Assembly: GCA_030704615.1 (NCBI GenBank)
Contig: JAKLZA010000190.1
Coordinates: 1-7,000, forward strand
DNA length: 7,000 nt
Reading direction: 5' to 3'
From: Takakia lepidozioides
Taxonomy: Eukaryota; Plantae; Bryophyta
Positions 1 to 7,000 of this stretch are shown here, one piece after another. The stretch's first letter is position 1. Each line of letters opens with the position of its first letter. The notes beneath the pieces are model-generated. The model was given only the letters and a program-made list of their open reading frames with translations. It was not told the DNA's origin and searched no databases. The translations under genes and the position numbers were made by a program.

Positions 1-2360
1 CAGTTCGAACTGCAGTCTTCAAGCACGGAGGAAGCTGGACGTTTCTAGAACCTCCCTAAGACCAGTGGGAATACTATTCGTGTGTCGCCACATTTCTGTT
101 GTGGAATAGGATGAGGTCGTACTTAATTATTCCATTTATCGCTATCAGCAAGTAATCACTGCCTTATGACTGCCTACATGCTTAGGATTTGCATGGTGCT
201 CACAGGCAACATTTCGTGAGAAAGTACATGATAGCTAGCATCTAATGAAGCACTGAATATGACGTTTGCCAGGCGTTTGGAAGTGCTTATTACTAGACCC
301 ATGTTCTCTGGAGGAATTTGACACAAAATAGATGCCGTAGGCCGAGGTTGCCGTACTTGCCTGTAAATTGGATGAGCAAGATCCGAGAAACACAAGATCT
401 GAACATTCGTCTAGACAGGGCTAACTTTCACGGGTCCAAAAATACTTAAATTGAGAGGACTGTTTTATAGAGCCTTCGACCCCCCTTTAACATAACCCAC
501 ATGCTGCTTTCCAACATAAGGTACCATGGACTATACACACCAGGCTCTCTGAAAGGTTTGACTCAGGCGGCCGGGATGTTGACCAGAATGTCACGCATTC
601 CCAATCAAGTATTGAATGAAATAACACATAATGTCATTCTTCTTTAAATGCTCTCGCCTCATTACAAAGAGGTTCAGGTGGACTTTTGTTCACAGGCTTT
701 CTACGTGAATACTACTACATGCACCTTCCCAGTAATCCCTTATTGGGATGGATGACTGTGGCTGTCGGTCCTGGATTTGCGACAGCAAGAATCACGCAGC
801 CTGCACTGTAGGTGGCTCTGATCTTGACTTTGCTTTTGAGATCGCAAAAGTAAGGCGCAAAAATATAATAAAACAATTGGTGCACGGCTGGCATATAATA
901 AAATGATTGACAGTAGGTGAACAAAGACACCTGCACAGGCTATTTACGGAGAGTGAGAGTCGCAATATACTAGACATGCGAGTCGTAGCTGTCTTTATGG
1001 CAATCCAACCGCTGCGATATCAATACCACACCATTCTGAATCCCGTCAGCCCGTACTATGGAGGTTGGCGAACCCTCCTACCGCTTCATGTCACCCTGAT
1101 CTTCCGAGAACATGATCAGCTTGTTATTGTAGGTTGAACCTTCCCCATACGTCACATGGGACAAAAATGTGGCTAGCTGCAGGCGTGTTTGTGTATATTG
1201 TAGCTCATCCCCATTCCTTTTGGACATTCTGAAGCTTCCTGGACGTTGCCTTTCCGTCCCCTGGGTGGTCCTCCTTCATATCATTCCTGAAAGAATATTG
1301 ACAGTGTGCATGTGACTCCTGACCGTCGCAGCAACGGTACACTTTCCGTGGGTCCCTTCCCTAGCGGCCTTAAACCCACCTTCCTTTACTCCCTCTACAA
1401 CAAAGAGGGATTAGCAGCTTCTAATTGCAAATTAGAAGAGATGGGTTGTCATGGGCCCACAAGATGAAGCTCCAGTATAAACGTGCAAGCCAGTTTGCAG
1501 AGGTGGACTCGGCCTGGCCTGGCGCCGCCAGGCCTGCCACGTCACCGGTCAACGTCTGGCCTGTCTCCGGGCTATAACCGGCCTAGGCTGGCCCCACCCC
1601 ACCCTCTCCCATTTTGGACTATTTACCTTCTGTTGTTGGGTCGGTATTTTGGGTGGATGGACCTAATCTGTGACTGGCATTGATGTATGATTATCTGACA
1701 AGAACCCCCTCACATTTTTCTCATTTTCAACACATTCATCCACCTGTGGTTAACCCAACTACCGACGTTGCAAAACCAGCTCATGACCTTCTTCTCATGC
1801 CACAGTCCCACTAGAATGTGTGTACTAAAACTGAGACTCAACTTGGGATGCTATGTCGGGATGAAAATTCTTAGGGACATTCCCAACAAGATTGTATGTG
1901 AGGGCAAGGATGGCCCACTAGAGACTCCCAAACTGTGAGGGAAGCTGTTGGAGTGGACCCACTTGAGGCTGCTCTTGGGTTGCTTCTGGGATCAATGCCC
2001 ACACCAGTTTTTTGGCGTTTAGCAAAGATAACGTAGAATGGACTGGTGGCCATAAACAGAAAGGCTGCAGAGACGAGGGGGAGATGTAAGTAACACAAGA
2101 TTTCTCTTGTTTTTATGGGAGGGATTTGGGCTGTCATTTGGATCTCTGTTCTTCCAGTCAGAAGGGTCGAAGTAAGAGCAAAATTCTTCCATAGTTAAGG
2201 AAGGAAGGCAGGAAAGGAGGAAAGGTTGATGTATTTAGGCTAGGTTAGCCAGTCTGGTACGAGGTCTAGCAGTGAGGTAGGGTGGACGAAGCCGTGGGGG
2301 TGGTCGTCGTCGTTCGTCGGGACTGGGGCCACACCTGCGGGCCCTGGGGGGGCGCAGGGC

Positions 2361-2370
2361 CTTTTTATAG
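2361..2370. promoter_or_regulatory. TATA-like element (CTTTTTATAG on +, CTATAAAAAG on -) embedded in GC-rich sequence about 245 bp upstream of the ATG
   Basis: Isolated AT island flanked by GCAGGGC on both sides. No ATG lies between it and 2611. The intervening sequence is GA-rich and resembles a 5' UTR. Confidence 0.5.
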
Positions 2371-2610
2371 CAGGGCGTCCAGAGGCGCTCAGTGAGCCAG
2401 TTCTCAGCGTGGAGAGTTGAAGGCAAAGGTACAATAGGAATTAAGAGCCTGTGGACGAAGATCTAGAGTGAGATAGAGAGGACGAGGAGGGATTTGTCGA
2501 CAGCAGTCACCCAGAGATTGAGGATACAGAAGTTCGTGCTTTACAGACAATAATTAGGGCCTGAGAGTGAGAGGGAGAGTGGAAGAGGAAGAGGTAGCAG
2601 GAGAGTAGTC

Positions 2611-2691
2611 ATGGGATTAGGGGTGACTTTCAGACTTTTAGCTCTCGAGTTGCTGGCTCTGTTGGTGTTAGGTACGCTTCAAGTGGATGCA
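2611..2691 (+). other. Predicted N-terminal secretory signal peptide, likely cleavage VDA|Q
   Basis: Basic residue (R8), Leu-rich hydrophobic core LLALELLALLVLG, and small residues at -3/-1 (V-D-A). Judged by eye. Confidence 0.8.
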
Positions 2692-2850
2692 CAAGGTTCA
2701 TGGGAGGTGGTTGTTGCGAATGCGGGGATTTCCTCAATGCACACAGCAGTCACTCACTATGACACCGTCGTGTTGCTCGACAGAACCAATATCGGACCCT
2801 CTCAGCTCCCATTGAATAATGGAGTATGCCGCGACAATCCTGCGGACAGG
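2611..2850 (+). CDS. GLOX: GLOX exon 1 (80 aa): signal peptide and start of the glyoxal oxidase N-terminal domain
   Basis: ATG in good context (GTC ATG G). Translation MGLGVTFRLLALELLALLVLGTLQVDAQGSWEVVVANAGISSMH...VCRDNPADR. Phase-0 donor AGG|GTGAGC at 2851, after which the ORF-track protein degrades into CT-repeat sequence. Confidence 0.92.
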
Positions 2851-5800
2851 GTGAGCTCTCTCCCCCTCTCTCTCTCTTTCTTTCCTGCCACCTTTTCCTC
2901 AATGTCTTCTCTCTCCAATAGAAAAAGCTCGCCCGAAACGTGTGGGAAGTTTGGTATCCAGATGGGAAGCTCCGTAAACTGAAGCATCACTGTGGTTACG
3001 TCCCCACGAATTCCTAGCTGCATTCATAATGTAGCTTCTCCTGCCTCTCTTTTGGCGTAGTAGTAGTTCGTGAACAGTAGTATTTTCTAACCTTGCTGTA
3101 AGGCCTACTTCCCAGTGTTACCTGTAGCAGCATTCAGATAGCTTGGAACAGTTTATTGGATTGATCTAGAATTTTCTTTGCGACCATGTCTACACCCGAA
3201 CATGCACCGTTCCATTTAAGACAGTAGGCCTCAATTAAATTCTTGTATCACATTTTCGTAGTCGATTGGTGTTCACTCTTGATATGATTCAGTCCCTCTT
3301 TAGACTATGTATGTGAAATGTTGTAGTGGTGTAGGCTAGAATCATACTGCATGTTCAAGGATGTCGTTGCCTCTTCACTCATCAATTTATTAATGATGTA
3401 CATGGCTGTTAAATTCATCAGGCGTCCACGCATGATTGCACAGCGCATTCTGCCATTTATACACCTGGTTCAAACAATATCAGGCCATTGTTCATCTTCA
3501 CAGACACTTGGTGTTCGTCAGGGCAGTTTGCTAATGATGGAACTCTCGTGCAAACAGGCGGAGACGCAGATGGAAATGCGAAGGTGATTCCTTTCTCTCT
3601 CCCTTCCTTCTCTTCCCAGCGATCTTCAGCTTGGTTGTTTAGACACATATAGAAGTACTTGAGGCTTTCCAAGGAATTAAATTATCTTCCGTCACTCTCT
3701 TCTTCTTCATGGCCTTCTGTGCCTCCACTGGACGTAATCTCATATAGGATAGGACCTTGAGTGGATGAGGTGAAATTGTTGCTTTAATGTTCTTTCGACT
3801 TTGAATTTAATGCTGTATGTACAATGTAATCGCTTGCCCGGTACAGATTCGGACTTTCGAGCCTTGCGCATCAGATGGCAACTGCGATTGGGTTGAGACA
3901 GGCACGCCATTGCAAGCGGGTCGGTGGTATGCCAGCAATCAACAGCTTCCAAATGGTCAACAAATTGTCGTCGGAGGGCGCGGTGTATTCACCGTCGAAT
4001 ATGTTCCTGCGAATGGAGGGGCCAGACCACTTTACCTCTTCTTTCAGCGGTACAAGTTCTATTCTCTCCTTCGTCCTAGTCCTGACCTCTCTCTCTCTCT
4101 CTCACAGGCCGTTCAACTTCCTCTCTTTTCTCTTACTCTCATTACAAATGGGTTACAAATCATCTCCATGCTCGAGTTGTGCAATAACTCGTCCCTCTGT
4201 AGTTACACTCTCTCCCCTCTCCTCATCTTTACAGCCCATCTATTCTGTCCTTGAGTACATCTTTCACTTCCCAGACCCAGCTCCTTCGCTCACTGTCTGC
4301 TGGCTGTTCTTTCGACGACAAACGGTTTGCTGTGGGTCCACAACTTCCACCACCGAGGAAAAGTTGTCTTCTCTCTCTCTCTCCCTGCCTAACCTCCCTC
4401 CCCATCTCTTGCACCCCAACTAATCCTTGCGGTACTGTCAGAGCTCCACTGTAGCTCCTGCAGACACATCTGCCCCCCTGCCTATCTCTGCCTGCGGGAC
4501 CCAGCTCGTATGTGCACATGAGTCAGACTGGACTGCAAACCAGACACTGAAATGTGACATATTAGGTGGCACGTACGTAGTCGTGCGTGCGCTGTTCACT
4601 CCCGTCGGGAATCCCTCCCTCCCTCTCCCTCAAAATTAGGGCTTGCATGTCCCTAATGTCAAGGCATTTACTCCCTGTCAGTTTGAAGCAGCTTCCGGGA
4701 AAAATACATCCAAGGGATGAATCCTGTTCATCGAGGTGACTCACTGGGTTAAATGGATGTACAGACGAACGACGCACAGAACGACAACTACTACCCCTAC
4801 GTTCATCTGCTGCCCAACAACCAGCTGTTCATCTTCGCCAACCAGGATTCCGTCCTGTTCGACTGGACGTCCAACACGGTCGTAGCCAACCTCCCGACGC
4901 TTCAAGGGGGCCCCGGAACTACCCGAGCGCCGGAAGCTCCGTCATGCTTCCGTTGACGGCGGCGGACGGATTCTCGTCGGCGGAAGTCGTGGTCTGCGGG
5001 GGAGCGCAGGCGGGCGTCTTCGCCGCCTTCGCCACGACGACGACGGCGCTTCAGTCGTGCGGACGGATCTCTCCGTTGGCGGCGAATCCCGGATGGGCCA
5101 TGGAGGATATGCCCATGCCGCGGACCATGGGCGACATGGTTCTGTTGCCCACCCGCGACGTCCTCATCATCAACGGCGCCGCGGCCGGGTCGCAGGGATG
5201 GGGGCAAGCCAGCAACCCGGTGCTGACCCCGGTGTTGTACCACCCGGATAATGCCGCCGGGTCCCGCTTCGAGACGCTGGCCGGCACCAACATTCCCCGG
5301 GTGTACCATTCCACGGCGAATCTGCTTGCCGATGCTCGGATTCTAGTCGCCGGAAGTAACACACACCAGTTCTACACCTTTACCGGCGACCTCCCCACCG
5401 AGCTGAGGATCGAGGCGTTCTCGCCTCCCTACTTGAGCCAAGCGGGCCCCAGCTTCACTGGAGATGCTCCAACACTCTGGGCTATGGCGCTGCCTTCACT
5501 CTCACTGTTAGCCTGCCCGAAGTGCCCGCTGGCAACATAGAGCTCAATCTCATCAGTGCTCCTTACACCACTCACTCGTATGCTCAGGTATGTTCTGTGG
5601 CTGTCTGGCTCCTCTTCCATCCACGCTTGAGGTTTCCAAAATTGCGTTTCTTTGCATCTCGAAAATTAGATCACCTTGTAGTAGTTTATATACTCACTCG
5701 TGGGCTTTCAGTTGTTCGTTGCTCAGCAACTGATCTGAACTGACGGTTTGCAGTCTCTCATTTTCTCCTTGTAGATGTTGGGCACCATAAGGCTAGATCT

Positions 5801-6303
5801 AAGTCACGGGGCTTTACTGGGTTGGATGTGACAAGTGGGGAAAATGTTAGGCTTGGGGTTTCGAGCTGATCGTGTAGGAGGGACATATATAAAGCCCACC
5901 CGTGCTTTGATAATTGAGGACGAGGGTCGGGCAGCTTTCTCGAGCTTCCTGGACTTAAAATTAGCCCTCGAAGCATTGGCTAGCTCCCGAGAGTTAAATG
6001 CCGACAATCTGAGAGGTCTCTAGAAGCGTACCAAAGTTGTTGATTGAACACGGAGTTGCTTGTAAGAAAACCCTGGTTTGTGTTCGAACTCTCATATATA
6101 TTTCGTTCGACATTCATGTTCTTGCAGGGACAAGGCTCTTGAATCTGGCAGTATCAGCCCCAACCGCGGCTGCTACAGCTGGGCAGTATTCAATAAGCGC
6201 CACATCGCCTCCGAGTAATGTAATTGCGCCACCGGGTTACTACATGCTGTTTGCTAATTACAATGGCGTTCCCAGCTACGCCACGTGGGTACTCGTCGGT
6301 TGA
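2611..6303 (+). CDS. GLOX: Spliced gene for a secreted glyoxal oxidase / galactose oxidase-like copper radical oxidase (aldehyde oxidase GLOX family, AA5). join(2611..2850,3422..3583,3847..4049,4765..5587,6128..6303), with four apparent 1-nt deletions; about 535 aa when repaired
   Basis: Manual translation gives family motifs in the correct order: GISSMH, LLDRTNIGPSQL, DCTAHS, TDTWCSSG, QTGGD, RWYASNQ, YPYVHLLP, RNYPSAGSSVMLPL, EVVVCGG, MPRTMGDMVLLP, INGA..GSQGW, PRVYHSTANLLADARILVAGSN, ELRIEAFSPPYL, APYTTHS, APPGYYMLF. Canonical GT-AG borders were found for all four introns. Family assignment is from recalled motifs, not a database search. Confidence 0.93.
2851..3421 (+). other. Intron 1 (571 nt, GT-AG)
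   Basis: GTGAGC...CATCAG; joins exons 1 and 2 in frame (DNPADR|ASTHDC). Confidence 0.9.
3422..3583 (+). CDS. GLOX: GLOX exon 2 (54 aa), containing the cofactor Cys (TGT 3512-3514, DTWCSSG)
   Basis: Acceptor CATCAG| ending at 3421. Translation ASTHDCTAHSAIYTPGSNNIRPLFIFTDTWCSSGQFANDGTLVQTGGDADGNAK. Donor AAG|GTGATT at 3584. Both ends phase 0. This frame is absent from the ORF track. Confidence 0.93.
3584..3846 (+). other. Intron 2 (263 nt, GT-AG)
   Basis: GTGATT...GTACAG; in-frame join (GNAK|IRTF). Confidence 0.9.
3847..4049 (+). CDS. GLOX: GLOX exon 3, containing the cofactor Tyr (TAT 3928-3930, RWY); one base short of phase 0 at its 3' end
   Basis: Acceptor GTACAG| ending at 3846. Translation IRTFEPCASDGNCDWVETGTPLQAGRWYASNQQLPNGQQIVVGGRGVFTVEYVP...LYLFFQ. 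Donor CG|GTACAA at 4050. Length is 203 nt, whereas 204 is needed to join exon 4 in frame. Confidence 0.85.
4050..4764 (+). other. Intron 3 (715 nt, GT-AG), CT-rich
   Basis: GTACAA...GTACAG; the join is out of frame by 1 nt as assembled. Confidence 0.8.
4087..4102. repeat. (CT)8 microsatellite in intron 3
   Basis: Read directly. Further CT tracts lie at about 2856-2886, 3590-3617 and 4371-4382. Confidence 0.9.
4765..5587 (+). CDS. GLOX: GLOX exon 4, containing copper ligands Tyr-His (5304-5309, RVYHS) and His (5573-5575, TTHS); two internal frameshifts near 4911-4914 and 5469-5472
   Basis: Acceptor GTACAG| ending at 4764. Three consecutive reading frames (ORFs 4753, 4944, 5522) each carry part of the family sequence: TNDAQNDNYYPYVHLLP...GGP / RNYPSAGSSVMLPL...FSPPYL...DAP / NTLGYGAAFTLTV...SAPYTTHSYAQ. 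Donor CAG|GTATGT at 5588. Confidence 0.9.
5588..6127 (+). other. Intron 4 (540 nt, GT-AG)
   Basis: GTATGT...TTGCAG; gives THSYAQ|GQ, matching the family THS..QGQRL motif. Confidence 0.88.
6128..6303 (+). CDS. GLOX: GLOX exon 5, end of the C-terminal galactose oxidase-like Ig-fold (DUF1929) domain; frameshift near 6132-6133
   Basis: Acceptor TTCTTGCAG| ending at 6127. Translation GQ/RLLNLAVSAPTAAATAGQYSISATSPPSNVIAPPGYYMLFANYNGVPSYATWVLVG, stop TGA at 6301-6303. Confidence 0.9.
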
Positions 6304-6522
6304 ACCACTTCTACCGCTTTCAAAGGCACCTAACCACCCGCGGACGTTAATAACATTTCGGCTATATACATCAAAGAGGCATACATCACTAACGCTCCTT
6401 TACATTATCTCAACGATGTTAAGAAACATACTGTGTTGGGGGATGTGGTAGGAAGCACCACACTTTGGAGTTTGAAGCTACTGAGACATGAGGTTTTAGG
6501 AAGTTCTACTGCTTTATTTGTC

Positions 6523-6528
6523 AATAAA
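6523..6528 (+). terminator. Candidate polyadenylation signal AATAAA
   Basis: 220 nt downstream of the stop codon, with T-rich sequence on both sides. Confidence 0.45.
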
Positions 6529-7000
6529 GCCCTTACTTCTAGCAGTATCTGTTGAATCTAGTTTTTTCCAGGTAAGTGTTTAGCGACATTGTGATTGAAC
6601 AATGAAGCACATTTTGTGAATTTATATACAAAGACTGGTTCGAACACCACATGAATGTGTGTGCTGTGATTGTGATGTTGCTGTTTCTATGGATGGCATG
6701 TTTGATTGTAGTTGTCTTTCAGACTGTATGATATTGGTGCTTCTGTCAGTCTATGCAACAGGGTTGGTGGTAGAATCTTTCTTTGTCACACTTTGCAACT
6801 GCCAGCAGGGTTAGGGGTCCACTCTTTGGTCATTGGAAGATTAATGCAGGCTCTCATTCCCTGCAGAGGGGGTGTGTCTTGATATAGAGGGCCAATTGCT
6901 TTGCCAATTGCTGTGCTTATGAGAGCTCCACATGGTTTGTTTAAATTTCATATTAATTTATTTTAATTTATTATTTAAATTAGTCATTTGAAATTGAATA

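Noticed and set aside
174-2434. Short ORFs on both strands in the upstream region (61-88 aa)
   Set aside because: No recognisable domains or transposon motifs; lengths are as expected by chance, and several lack a true ATG.
4108-4151. Cryptic exon that might repair the exon 3/4 phase mismatch
   Set aside because: At 44 nt it does not restore the frame, and the family sequence has no room for an insert between YL.F and TND.
4623-4657. CTCTCCCTCAAA resembling the 5' part of miR477, next to a small ATTAGGG...CCCTAAT hairpin
   Set aside because: The match breaks after about 12 nt of low-complexity sequence, and I saw no precursor-length fold-back.
3875-4777. 182-aa ORF and other ORFs running through intron 3
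   Set aside because: Ser/Leu/Pro-rich translations of CT low-complexity sequence, which is naturally poor in stop codons.
4901-4920. Programmed -1 ribosomal frameshift at AAGGGGGCCCC
   Set aside because: Not a canonical X XXY YYZ slippery site, and four independent recoding events in one nuclear gene is far less parsimonious than sequencing error.
4902-5364. Antisense and alternative-frame ORFs overlapping exon 4 (135, 103 and 64 aa)
   Set aside because: Shadow ORFs caused by high GC content and codon bias of the GLOX exon.
6891-7000. GCCAATTGCT direct repeat (6891 and 6903) and an AT-rich terminal tract
   Set aside because: Short local duplication and low-complexity DNA; no terminal inverted repeat or target-site duplication is visible within the window.
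1-7000. CRISPR arrays, tRNA/rRNA genes, prokaryotic operons or defence systems
   Set aside because: No regularly spaced repeats or RNA gene signatures seen; the spliced gene structure shows this is eukaryotic nuclear DNA.

Overview
Eukaryotic genomic DNA, most likely from a land plant (a bryophyte or other seed-free lineage is my inference). It carries one recognisable gene: a five-exon, plus-strand copper radical oxidase of the plant glyoxal/aldehyde oxidase family (GLOX, galactose oxidase-like, CAZy AA5), spanning ATG 2611 to TGA 6303. Exons are 2611-2850, 3422-3583, 3847-4049, 4765-5587 and 6128-6303, and all four introns are GT-AG. The reconstructed protein is about 535 aa, with a signal peptide and all five catalytic residues intact (Cys of WCS, Tyr of RWY, Tyr-His of YHS, His of THS). 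As written, the gene needs four separate single-base insertions to read through, each at a short homopolymer or doublet, and it has no in-frame stops once repaired. This points to long-read assembly error more than to true pseudogenisation. The upstream 2.6 kb is non-coding as far as I can tell, with TCP-type motifs, two perfect inverted repeats, a G/C-box and a TATA box whose best match is on the minus strand. The 3' flank has an AATAAA and a consensus splice site. I found no convincing novel system; the findings are mostly modest regulatory or annotation leads.
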